Origin: Octopus sinensis
Lineage: Eukaryota
Assembly (NCBI RefSeq): GCF_006345805.1
Contig: NC_043008.1
Span: 73,470,001-73,534,000, forward strand
Length of the DNA stretch: 64,000 nucleotides
Direction: 5' to 3'
Below the pieces are notes generated by a model that worked only from the letters and a program-made list of their open reading frames with translations, had not been told where the DNA came from and ran no database searches. Positions 1 to 11,350 of the stretch are shown here, piece after piece; the stretch's first letter is position 1, and each line of letters opens with the position of its first letter. A program made the translations under genes and the position numbers.

Positions 1-80
1 CAAAGAAGAGGTCTTGGGGTCGATTTGTTCGACTAAAGGCGGTGCTCCAGCATGGCCACAGTCAAATGAGTAAAAGAGTA
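1..80 (+). mobile_element. 3' end of SINE family A (OR1/OR2-like octopus CORE-SINE)
   Basis: ggggtcgatttgttcgactaaaggcggtgctccagcatggccacagtcaaatg...gtaaaagag closely matches the 3' end of the full copy at 17268-17345. Confidence 0.85.
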
Positions 81-1726
81 ATCTTTTAATTCAAAGTTAA
101 ATTTCTTTAATGTATAACTGCACAGAGAAACAAGCATTAACATATACGTGCCTATAAATAGGTCGACAAATAGACAGATAAATAGACACACAGAGAGAAG
201 TTAAAGTGAAATGTAGACAATGTACATTATCCATAAAATTTCTTTTTCATGTAATTCATAATTGATATAATTGATAACAAAATCTACAACCATTTGGTTG
301 TAGATTTTACGATGATATGAAGAGAATTAGCATTGTTATTCAAAGTTAAACTTTGAAATAGGAAGCCGTTTGAATGTCCATCAATTTGCTTTAATGAAGT
401 CAGTATGAAATAACAAGATGTATTTAGTCTAAGTGGCCACCACCTGTGAAATAGAATAAAATAAGATATAAAATATTTTGATTTGTATGAGAATTTACTG
501 TAATATATACACATTTAGACTATTATGCAGCATGTTTTATATATATAGCTTAGAAAGTCACCTTCAATAGAAACTCAGACGGTGAACTATGGAGATTTTA
601 AAATAAAATATTTATCATAAGTACTTTTGAATGGAAACATACGCAAGTAATAGGCTACAGGATAGAAAAAGTTTAAATTCGGCAACTGAATGAAGAGGAT
701 AATAATATATGAACCGCAAAGAGAAAGAGAATATAATTTGGATCTTAATTGTGTTAGACAATAAGTATCTAGTAGCAGAAGTAAAGTACATAATATAAAA
801 TTAAAAAAAGACTATTTTGAATACGTGAAATACAATGTAGAGAGAATCGAAATAGTGAAAATAAAATTAGAATTAACGGAGATAATATTGGTAATGATTG
901 TTAAAATATTCATGAAGGAAAAGGAATATTTGTATGACAATTATTTTATTTTCATATAAACATATAACACAATCCCGTTCTAAGACAATAAAACCTAAAT
1001 ATTAAACAATTATTGAATAATTTAGAATACATATTTTGTTGAGACTTTAAAAAGTAACTATTTTTCAATGTCTTTCTGTAACGGAGAATAATACTTTGAC
1101 GCTTGTGATACTGTAGTTTGGCAACAAGTGAATGAAAGAAACTGCACTATTCTAACGATATGCTCTTTATATAATTGCAACTGTTGCCTAATTGAAGATG
1201 GATCAGTTGGATTTGCTTCTAGCACATTCTCACACGCTGGAAAGCTTTGTTAGTTATTAGTTTAATTGTTTCCGGAATTAACATGTTGAAGCTTGGCTTA
1301 TAAGATTGTTTTCATGCAGAAATATGAAATTGTTATGACTGAAAAATGTCACCTGTTGCAAGAAACAATTTTCACAAAATCATATTAATTACTTCTTACG
1401 ATAGAAATGCTTTCTAAAAAGTCACTGTAAACCAAAGTAATGATATGATTTACAGTTATGAAGCGGGAATTTTTAAAATTTCATCCTGTATATGTCACAA
1501 AGACAGGTGTTTTCTGATCGTAACGAACTATTTAGTCTGTACCACCAGAAACGTCAAAATATTCTTCTTCATCTCAGTAATTCTCTTTAACTAATTATTC
1601 CCCGCAAAACATGAGATATGCCGTCGCTGGATTCTTCATATCCTACTGCTTACTAAAGAAAATGTAAAAAATCATAAAGAATTCATACTAATTAAATTAA
1701 ATCACGAGTCATATCTAATTTGTTTT

Positions 1727-1922
1727 TATCACGTTGCTCCAGTCCACTCAGCTGGCAAAAATGAGCAGTACCTGTGTGTCACGTTAAATATCCTTGAGAA
1801 CTGCGTTAAGGGTACACGGATATGTGAAATGCTCAACCACCTGCACGTTAATTTCACGAGTAGGCTGTTCCGTTGATCGTTTCAGCTGGGAGCCTCGTCC
1901 TCGTAACCGACGGAGTGCTTCT
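1727..1922 (-). mobile_element. SINE family C fragment
   Basis: Reverse complement matches 43247-43560 (ttaacgtgcaggtgg / aagtggctgagc...cttaacg.agttctc...cgtgacaca...tttttgccagctgagt). Confidence 0.7.

Positions 1923-1924
<2 letters not shown>

Positions 1925-2006
<82 letters not shown>
1925..2006. repeat. (CA)n microsatellite
   Basis: Perfect CA run, directly visible. Confidence 0.98.
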
Positions 2007-2011
<5 letters not shown>

Positions 2012-2057
2012 TGTATATGAGATAAGGGGTTCAGAAATAAACAAGAAGTGTTTATCT

Positions 2058-2467
2058 CACTGAGTGGCACTTTGGATAAGTGTCTCCTGCTACAGCTCCG
2101 GGCTGACCTAAACTTTGTGAATGGATTTGGTTGACGGAAACTGCAAGAAGCTCGTCGTATACATATAATTCAGCCGAGGTCGACTTTGGTTTTCCTCCTT
2201 TCGGGATCGATAAATTAAGTACCAGTCGCATACTAGGCTCGATCGAATCGACTGGCCCCGTTCTCAAAATTTCGGGCCTTGTGCCTAGAGTGAAAACAAA
2301 AAAAAAAGCGATATACTTATGTTTGTTTACGTCCACGTCACTTAGCGGTTTGGTGAAAAAGGCCAATAGAGTAAATACCATGCTTTAAAAATTAAAGTAT
2401 TGGGGTTCGATTTCTACAATTAAAAACTTTGGCCGTAGTCCAACGGCTGCCAAGTAAAGGATAAAAC
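2058..2467 (+). mobile_element. 5'-truncated SINE family A interrupted by a family B copy (about 2168-2300)
   Basis: Family A motifs ggataagtgtctcctgctacagc...gacggaaactgcaagaagctcgtcg and tgtttacgtcc...cttagcggttt flank the family B core gccgaggtcgactttgg...tttcgggatcgataaattaagtaccag. Confidence 0.75.
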
Positions 2468-2659
2468 TTCTAGATTCCTAGCAAAGTTTATTCATAAATA
2501 GGTGTATATATATATATATATGTATATTTTGCATGTATTTAAGTATGAATTTATGTATAAATGTATGTGTGTATATAACCATGTTCGTTCAATACAAATA
2601 TACTATTTCTTTACAAATGCCGTGCATATGACTGCCTAATCTCTTGTATCTATAAGAAA

Positions 2660-2667
2660 TATATATA

Positions 2668-2726
<59 letters not shown>

Positions 2727-2770
2727 TGTATGTATGTATGTATGTATGTATGTATGTATGTATGTATGCA
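2660..2770. repeat. (TA)n/(TATG)n microsatellite
   Basis: Directly visible. Confidence 0.95.
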
Positions 2771-3946
2771 TATATAACAGGTTGATGGATGTGTTTGGAT
2801 GCTCTGTCTGTATCAGTATCTGTGGGCATGAGAGAGAGCGTGGGAGAGAGATACAGTGGGAGAGAAAGATAGAAAGAAATATCTTATGTGCACGTATACG
2901 AAAGTGTTTTCGCGATTTTGCCAATAGAGGAAAGAAATACTTTAACACATTTTTTTCAATCTCCGTTACCCAGACACATATATTTATTCTCCTAGCTTGT
3001 ATTTTGCATTTTGTCTTGGATTCTATAAGACATATCTTGCGGCCAATCTGTACTTCTGCTTCACTGTTCTGCTACTCTGCTCGTCTATTCTGCCATTGTT
3101 CCAGATATATTGCAGTTAAAATGCACCACTTTCGGGAGACTATATGAAGATGTTGCATTTTGGAAAGACTGTGAAGAAAAACGTAATATATTATAGAAAT
3201 TCTGCAAAGCATTTTTCTTGCAATAGTAAACTATATTAAGCATATTTTTAGACACATTGCTATTGGACATTGTGTGATTTATGATCAAGGAATGCAATTT
3301 GTAATGTAGACAATGGTAAATATCCAAATATATAGCAGGAGAGCTGTTTAAAAGCAAACCCTCAGGCCATAACATGGATCTCAATTGATTTTATTCCATA
3401 CTAAAACATAGTTGGACTAACACTGTTACTAATTTCTCTACAGTGACTAGCTCTTACATAAAAGGTTGCACTCTAATTAAAGTTATTATTTATTTTAATT
3501 AGAATTACCTATAAAATACAGATTACTGCAGGTTTTTGTAATAGGATCTGTCTTATTTAAGCATTTGTCAACGAATGACTCAAATTGGATGTGTACATGT
3601 CCATATAGTTCTCTTCATTACAAAACGTTATGAAATGGTCCTCTATGTGCTTGATCAAACCGTTAGAAATAACGACTAGATCACGCTGAAACTCTATATC
3701 TTCCGAAAATAATTTTTGATATTGTATTCATGAGAAAATAATAGGGAATGGCCACCACTGGCAGACCTTCTATAATACATATAATTATAAGATATTTACA
3801 ATATATTTATTATAATAAATAATATCAAAAATAGACATGAAAAAATTCGTGTTAACATCAGACATCAGAATTATCTATTTCACTAAACAAAACATAGGTT
3901 GAAATTTAAAAGCAAGTGTATTAATATCCAATATTAATCTATATCA

Positions 3947-4151
3947 AGGCAGTGAGCCGGCAGAATCGTTAGCACGCGGGACAAAATGTTTAGCGGCATT
4001 TCGTCTGTCTTTATGCAATTTCACCGAGGTTTTCTTTACAATTTACCTTTTAGAAATTAATGCTATAAGTACCAGTTGAGCAATGGGGTCATTGTAATTG
4101 ACTAGCCACCCCTCATCTGTAATTGCTGGCTTTGTACTAAAATTTGAAACC
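3947..4151 (+). mobile_element. SINE family B (tRNA-derived)
   Basis: Head ggcagtgagccggcagaatcgttagcacg, core aagtaccagttgagcaatggggtc, tail aaaatttgaaacc; shared with at least 7 other copies in the window. Confidence 0.8.
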
Positions 4152-4259
4152 ACTATTTATCTATCTTTGAATCACCACCTTAGAAACAATAATAATAACA
4201 ATAATGGTAACAACAACAACAATAATAATAATAACAGTAATAATGATACTAATAACAAT

Positions 4260-4900
4260 TCGAAACAAAAATGGACGACTACTACATGTCAAATATGCAA
4301 CACGGGAAAGTTAAACACTTTTCTCTATACTCAAGGAAGCGACAGAATACAAAACAGTAGCAAACTACACTGAAACACTGATCTCAGGTGACAAAATAGC
4401 AAAAATGGTCAAAGAGATAAAAACCAACATGAAAACAGAACTACAAAACATACGAAAGAAGAAATTGAGAGAAAAATCACCCTGCTTAGGGTTAGACATT
4501 GAATTCCCTTCTTCCCAAATATTACCGAAAAAGAAATGGATAAATTGTCGAAATGCAAAAATCTGGAAATTGAAGTATTCAAGATGTGGGGCAAGAAAGC
4601 GAAAGCAATAATAGTAATAACTGTAGCCTTGGGTATGATAACAAACGTTTAAACAAAAATGTAGAAGCTATACCAGAACTCTCAGCACAACACACTATCC
4701 AAAAATCACCACTACTAGGAACAGCTCGCATCCGACCCAAAACATTACTAATTCAACAATACAACCCAAACAGAAACAAACCACAACCACAAAAGACATT
4801 CTATATAGCAAATATGTAATAAAATAAACCACTAACATGCTACATACCCAACAGAAGAACACAACGTGTATTACCCACACAACACAATACAAATAATAAA
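4260..4900 (+). mobile_element. R4/Dong-clade non-LTR retrotransposon 3' remnant (restriction-like endonuclease)
   Basis: Frameshifted translation KEMDKLSKCKNLEIEVFKMWGKKAKAIIVITVALGMIT...IQKSPLLGTARI, homologous to 33266-33530; preceded by an AAT/AAC array at 4187-4258. Confidence 0.8.
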
Positions 4901-5248
4901 GGCTGGTCATCGGATTCCAGCTGCGTCATCCTTCCTCAGTCACGCCACCTGTCGGCTATGAGGGTAAAAGGTAGTGGATTATCCCCTACTCTCATCAGCA
5001 ATCAATTTCCAACTGTGGTGGAAACATCGCTAATATTGCTATTATCGCTACTATGCTGTTCCCAAAACGCTAACAGGAATCTCCTGAAATGCAAGCACGG
5101 TCCGAAAATCTCCGTTCTGGAGTTCAGTATAGTCCCTGGTACGTACAAGTTTTTCAGGATTTCCATGCGTTCGGCTACGCATAGTTGCAGCATTTAGTTC
5201 CATTTATGTAAGGACCCGGACGGTGGAGGATTTTCCATGATATATTTA

Positions 5249-5283
<35 letters not shown>

Positions 5284-5403
5284 ACGATTTAGGAGTGACC
5301 CCAACAGGTCACTCGTCACCAGAAAGAGCAGCCATAACTCACACCGCCAAGTATTATTAATTCAGAAATTAGGTGAAAATTTAAAAACATTTACCCTAAT
5401 TCA

Positions 5404-5504
5404 TCTTTTAGACGTTGCAACGTTTCTGTGTCATTAATGATTAAATTAGCTTAATTAAATTAAATTAAGCCAATCTACCATAGGTTACAATTCATCAGTA
5501 AAGA
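5404..5504 (-). ncRNA. Type I hammerhead ribozyme motif, copy 1
   Basis: Minus strand reads TCTTTA-CTGATGA-long stem II-GAAACGTTGCAACGTC-TAAAAGA; predicted cleavage between 5411 and 5410. Confidence 0.75.
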
Positions 5505-5872
5505 CCTGGGAGAGACAATATACACGAGGCGTCTGTATCGAAGCCTACGGGATATCTGACTTAAAATTTTCAAGACAGACGTATTCGCGCCAACTTATCA
5601 ACAGTAAATATAAACTGCCGATTCAATCTCAGAATTATTCAGAAATTATCAATTAGTCAATTTAGGGTAGCAAAAAAATTCAATAGAAATTTATCGCAAC
5701 CAGCGGCCTGGTGAAAAAGAGAAAATAGTCATCGACTAAATATATAAATATAACGATTTAGGAGTGACCCCACAGGTCACTCGTCCACCAGAAAGAGCAG
5801 CCATAACTCACACCGCCAAGTATTATTAATTCAGAAATTAGGTGAAAATTTAAAAACATTTACCCTAATTCA

Positions 5873-5973
5873 TCTTTTAGACGTTGCAACGTTTCTGTGT
5901 CATTAATGATTAAATTAGCTTAATTAAATTAAATTAAGCCAATCTACCATAGGTTACACTTCATCAGTAAAGA
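5873..5973 (-). ncRNA. Type I hammerhead ribozyme motif, copy 2
   Basis: Same motif 469 nt from copy 1; predicted cleavage between 5880 and 5879. Confidence 0.75.
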
Positions 5974-6100
5974 CCTGGGAGAGACAAATATACACGAGGC
6001 GTCTGTATCGAAGCCTACGGGATATCTGACTTAAAATTTTCAAGTCAGATATCCCGTAGGCTTCGATACAGACGCCTCGTGTATATTTGTCTCTCCCAGG

Positions 6101-6201
6101 TCTTTACTGATGAAGTGTAACCTATGGTAGATTGGCTTAATTTAATTTAATTAAGCTAATTTAATCATTAATGACACAGAAACGTTGCAACGTCTAAAAG
6201 A
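6101..6201 (+). ncRNA. Type I hammerhead ribozyme motif, copy 3 (inverted arm)
   Basis: Stem I TTTA(6103-6106)/TAAA(6195-6198), CTGATGA 6107-6113, GAAA 6179-6182, palindrome ACGTTGCAACGT 6182-6193, GTC 6192-6194. Confidence 0.75.
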
Positions 6202-6421
6202 TGAATTAGGTAAATGTTTTTAAATTTTCACCTAATTTCTGAATTAATAATACTTGGCGGTGTGAGTTATGGCTGCTCTTTCTGGTGGACGAGTGACCTG
6301 TTGGGGTCACTCCTAAATCGTTATATTTATATATTTAGTCGATGACTATTTTCTCTTTTTCACCAGGCCGCTGGTTGCGATAAATTTCTATTGAATTTTT
6401 TTGCTACCCTAAATTGACTAA

Positions 6422-6464
<43 letters not shown>

Positions 6465-6469
<5 letters not shown>

Positions 6470-6760
6470 TAATCCAAACAAGAAAACACAGAAAAAAAGG
6501 GGAAAAAAAGAAAAAAACACACCAACGCAGGACGTGGAACAATTAAAGTATTATTGACGCTCAGGAAAGAAGGGAAGGAGGGTTTAACGTTTCGAGCGGA
6601 GCTCTTCGTCGGAAACAAGGAGAAGGAAAGATCCCAAGGAGGGAAGACAGAGGAGACAATATTTGAGCTGGTGGTGCTTAAGAGATCACATGTTGAAAAG
6701 AACAGAATTTGGAGGTAGTTGAAAAATGGTTTTATAATGCAAGTGAGTTCCAAAAAAAGG
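6465..6760 (-). mobile_element. Penelope-like 3' end/pLTR fragment with minimal HHR-like motif (6582-6616)
   Basis: Minus strand GTTT-CCGACGA-A-GAGC-tcc-GCTC-GAAACGTT-AAAC; the element ends in (TA)n. PLE assignment is inferred from this motif. Confidence 0.6.
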
Positions 6761-6924
6761 GAATGCCTGTGTGTGTGTGTGTGTGTGCAAGATGACAAGT
6801 GTGTTTGTGCGTGCGTGTGTGTGTGTGTGTGTATTTTTGGTGAATAGATAATGACAAAGCCAGCTGTGGTGATGACTACTAGCTGTTTGTGTCAAGGTAG
6901 GTCAAAGACAGGTAAAAAAACATC

Positions 6925-7086
6925 ATATGTACGATGTGCTTCTTACACTTTCTACCAACTCCACTCAAGGCTTTGGTTGGCTTGAGGCTATTATAGTAGA
7001 ACATACTTGCCCAAGGTGCCATTCAGTGGGACTGAACCCACAGCCATTTGGTTGGGAAGCAAGCTTCTTACCACACAGCCATGCTT
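6925..7086 (-). mobile_element. SINE family A 5' half
   Basis: Reverse complement gcatggctgtgtggtaagaagcttgcttcccaacc...gggttcagtcccactgaatggcaccttgggcaagt matches the head at 16938. Confidence 0.85.
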
Positions 7087-8038
7087 GGTAACTTTATTCA
7101 GAGTATATTAGAAGAAAAGTCAACCTGGAGTCGACTACAGTGGAGAGAAGATATTGATGGTATATGTTCCATAGGGGGAAAAGGCCTCTCATGAAAAAGT
7201 AACAGTACATCGGGTAATTTTCCTAACACCAACAAACCGAGGTTTCTAAACAAATATTTTCCCGTTCTTAGTCATAGCCAAAAGTCTTTCAGACATTGCT
7301 CGCTCATTTTCTGCATAGGAGACACCAGACAAGTGAAACACCCTCAAAAGTATAGGAGATACTACGCAAAATATACTTAGAAGAAAAGAAAGCCGAGAAC
7401 GGAGAAGTAATCGATGGCCTACACTATTTCTGGAGCAAAGGACTTTCATGAAAAAATTATGGTACATAGGGTAATTTTCCTAATAGCAGAGAAATGAGGT
7501 TACTAAAAACTACTTTTCTTTTCTTAATCATAGCTAAATGTCTTTCGAACACTGCTCGTTCATTATTGGCATACAGGAAATCAGAAAGCTAGGACGAAAT
7601 CTTTAATAGAAATCAAAGATGTGGTTTCTAAGGTATAAATCGATTGATTTAGCCTTAAAAATTAGATCTTGTCAAGATTTCAGGAGTCTGAGTCTGGAAA
7701 GATGTTTGAAAATCAACACCACTGTTTTGGCCTATTACAAAAAGAAAGTGTGCGCGTAGATATGTATGTGCATGTGCATGTGCGTACATATCTATATAAT
7801 AGGAATGATGGTGTATGTGTGCCTGTCCACCTATAGCAAGAAAAGCTATACCATCGATATAAAAACTAAAAGATAATTCTTGTGTAGCATTTTACGCCGA
7901 AGAAAATGGAAGCGATCCCAAGTCTCTAGTGACCCTCCTAAGTTTTCCACCATGTATATATCACAATTTTCCAATATGTACATATCACACTTTTTCTACT
8001 TGTACATATCGCAGTTCCAAAATAAATAAAGATTCTAC

Positions 8039-9420
8039 TTTTTCAGAACTTTCTCGAAATGGTGATCTTCTGGACAAACTAAAGGAGGAAATTTATATAC
8101 CCTATATAAAAAGGAGGAGGAAGCAGATCAGATGCTAAAAGCTATCTCTATGACCTTACATACCAGTAAAGTTATGAAACGAATAGTCTGAAGGAAATTA
8201 ATTGCATTCCTTGAAAAGTATGACTTGCTGACTGACACCCATCATGGTTTTTGACCAATTACAAGCTGCTGCCTGACACAGCGCTTGCAGCATTACGATT
8301 GGGTGATAAAGCAGCTGCTCAACAACCTCAAATCTGGACGTGATAAACAATGACTTTGCAAAAGCATTTGACAAGGTCGACCATAGTATGATTTGTCACT
8401 TACTCCGAAATTTTGGCATATTTGGAAAACTTGCAGAATGGCTACATGACTTTCTAAAAGATAGAAGTCAGGTAGTGATAGTCAATAGGGCCATCTCCAA
8501 GAAAACACATAATAAGTGGTGTTCCACAGAGTACTGTCCTGTGGCCACTGCTATTCAAAGTAGCCCTCTCTGACATGCCTTCAGATGCTCAAGTACCTAC
8601 CCTTGCTAGCTATGCAGACGATAAAAAGCCTCTCAGAAGATAAAAAACCATCGAGACGTTGTGCATCTACAACGTAACCTCGATGCAATATACACTTGGA
8701 CTGAAGAAAATAACATGCAGTTTAATGCTGGAATATTCAAATTCAGCACTACCAACACAGGAAACCCAATCAAAAGCAAATAGAATACACTGGCCTAGGA
8801 GGGATTCCAATTTCGGAATCAAAGTGCGTGACCTAGGCATCAACATGAGTAATGATGCATCTTTGGTAATAAAATGCAGACGTCTTGATGGGTGGATCCT
8901 TGAAGCTTTCAAAACAAAAGGAGGAAACCGTGATGGTCCTGTGCAGGGCTTCCTTTCTCACCCATCTGGATTACTGCTCCCAACTGTGGTCACCAAACAG
9001 TGTAAAATTAAGATAGTACTCGAGGCGATCCAGCGAAGCTACACAAGGAAGATCGATGCACTACGACATATCAGCTTCTGGGAGAGACTGAAAGAGTTAA
9101 GACTCTACTCCATGGGGCGAAGGCGAGAAAGATATTCAATAATATACATCTGAAAAATCCTAGACAAAACATGTTCCTAACTTTGGAATTCTTACTTACA
9201 CAAACAGCGGGACGGGGCGCTACTGCATGGTACCAAAAGTTCCAGCATTATCATAAAGATACAGGACCAGATATTACGACAGCTTGGGCTTCAAAAGCCC
9301 ACAGTTCTTCAATATCCTCCCACAAGGCCTGGAGATCTGCATGGCGTAGATGTAGGACTTTTCAAAACAAAACGAGATCTCCTTTTCTCAAGAGCTCTGG
9401 TTGAATCTACTTGTAAGCAA
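8039..9420 (+). mobile_element. CR1-like LINE ORF2 remnant (RT to 3' end), frameshifted
   Basis: DFAKAFDKVDH...FGIFGKLAEWLHDFLKDRSQVV; SYADD; LEAIQRSYTRKI...SFWERLKELRLYSMGRRRERYSIIYI. Confidence 0.85.
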
Positions 9421-9739
9421 GAAACATAGATATGTAATAAAGATGAACGTCTGTGTGTATATCTGTCTGTCTGTCCATCTATACGAAAAAGTTTACAACA
9501 TCAATATAAAAGCTAAAAGCTAATTCTTGTGTAACATTTTACGCCGAAGACAATGGAATTGATCCCGTGTCTATAGCTGCCCTCCGAAGGAAGCTACTGG
9601 CCCTTTTCCAGCATGTACATATCGCCGTTCCCAAATAAGCAACCGGTCTAAGGAAAATAACTAAATACAAGTTCGGCACCAAAGAACATTACTGTGAATA
9701 ATTTAAACGAAAAACTCGGGAAAGCTTTACCAGGAAATG

Positions 9740-10200
9740 AACATACAAATCTATAAACTCTGTTGCTGATGAGTCGGACATTGTCAATTACTCTGTTCAC
9801 TTTTTAAACTCACTGGAGCCACAAAAACCTCCTCCTCATTGCCTTCGATTGAAAATAGGCGCTCCAATCATACCTCTGCAGAACTTTTCTCAACCAAAGC
9901 TGTGCAATAGCAGAAGACTTGTTGAGAAACAAATTAACGAGAAATATCATAGAAGCCATAATAATATCTGTCTGTGGAAAAGGTGATACCTTCCAATATG
10001 CCCTTTCAATTCAAACGACTTAAATTTCCAATATGTTTGTCTTTTGCGGTGTCCATTTATAAAACCCAAGATCAGACTTTGAAAGTTACTGCTTTGCAAT
10101 TAGAGGAGGACTGTTTTTCACACAGTCAGTTATGTGTTGGAGCTCCTGAGTGGGGAGCAAAGAGAATCTTTTCATTTTGCCCCTACTGGTAAAACCCGAA
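9740..10200 (+). pseudogene. Helitron PIF1-like helicase C-terminal remnant
   Basis: [45 protein letters not shown] then PSNMPFQFKRLKFPICLSFAVSIYKTQDQTLK...CFSHSQLCVG, matching RepHel motifs (QFP.....A..INKSQGQT, FSHGQLYVA). Confidence 0.85.
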
Positions 10201-10569
10201 ACTTTGTCGATAAGGAATATATTAGCATGGAATAAACAAACTAAAAATTGACGAATGAATAATAATTCGTCTAAGAAAAGCTATTTGCATTTTTGCTTGT
10301 TGCAATACCTAAGTTCAATAAATTATAGTACATACATTTTTACTTTACTTAGTTATCTTGTACAAGACGGAAGAACCAAAATCTGTGCGATGTTTGCTTC
10401 ATTTATAGACTGAAATACTAGAGATCGTAGATCAGCTGTTTATATGCACAAACCTGTTTATATGCACAGAATTCTTTACTGAGTTTATATGCACAGAGTT
10501 CACAGAGTTTATATGCACAGAATTCTTTACTGCTACAGAAGCTGAATGAGAGGCAATAAAAATTGATTA

Positions 10570-11010
10570 TATCAACTTGGAAGAAAAGGGTATAATGCTA
10601 GCAATAGACGCATCTCAGCTGCTGGCGCTGATGGATTCGCAGCAATCCTCCTCAATTTATGCAAACGAGTCCTTGCAAAACCAATTGTAGCCAGTTTTTC
10701 AGAGATTTCTCGCAAATGGTAATCATCTGGATAAACTAAATGAGGAAATTTATATACCCTATCAAGAAAAGAGGAAGCAGAGAAGATGCGAGAAACTATA
10801 GGCATATTTCTCTGACCTCACACACCAGCAGAATCGTGGAATGAATAGTCCGAAGGACATTAATTGCATTCCTTCAAAAGAATGACTTGAGAGACACCCA
10901 GCATAGTTTTCCACCAAGTACAAGCTGTTGCCTGACACAGCTCGTGCATCATTATGACTGGGTGCTAAAGTAGCTGCACAACAACTCAAATGTTCACGTG
11001 ATATACTTCG
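10570..11010 (+). mobile_element. Second CR1-like RT fragment (N-terminal RT region)
   Basis: SAAGADGFAAILLNLCKRVLAKP...RGSREDARNYRHISLTSHT; 10700-11010 is visibly homologous to 8040-8360. Confidence 0.8.
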
Positions 11011-11059
11011 ACTTTGCGTGATATACTTCATGTGATATACTTCGACTTTTCATACATGC

Positions 11060-11065
11060 CAATAA

Positions 11066-11109
<44 letters not shown>

Positions 11110-11242
11110 CATATAAATATATATATATATATATAATATATATATATAGCACGCACACATATATAGATAGATGTATGTATACACATATATACATATTTCT
11201 ATATCCATATACACATGTATATACATATATATATATATGTAC

Positions 11243-11293
<51 letters not shown>

Positions 11294-11298
11294 TATAT

Positions 11299-11345
<47 letters not shown>

Positions 11346-11350
11346 TATAA
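11060..11350. repeat. Compound (CT)n/(TA)n/(GATA)n microsatellite
   Basis: Directly visible. Confidence 0.95.

Larger units (their letters stand above)
5281..6421. mobile_element. Non-coding HHR-bearing element: 469-bp direct repeat (5281-5749, 5750-6041) plus 380-bp-arm palindrome (5653-6032 / 6042-6421), flanked by (TA)n
   Basis: ataacgatttaggagtgacc recurs at 5281 and 5750. The arms are reverse complements around the 9-nt loop aaaattttc (6033-6041), differing only by small indels. TA arrays lie at about 5240-5283 and 6425-6464. Confidence 0.9.

Noticed and set aside
4905-5225. GC-richer segment, briefly considered a piggyBac fragment (NLYVPGT)
   Set aside because: The expected DE and SKP.KYG motifs do not follow in any frame I read.
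10439-10535. Repeat-spacer-like run of gtttatatgcaca
   Set aside because: Spacers are short and duplicated, the context is eukaryotic and there are no cas genes; it is slippage, not CRISPR.
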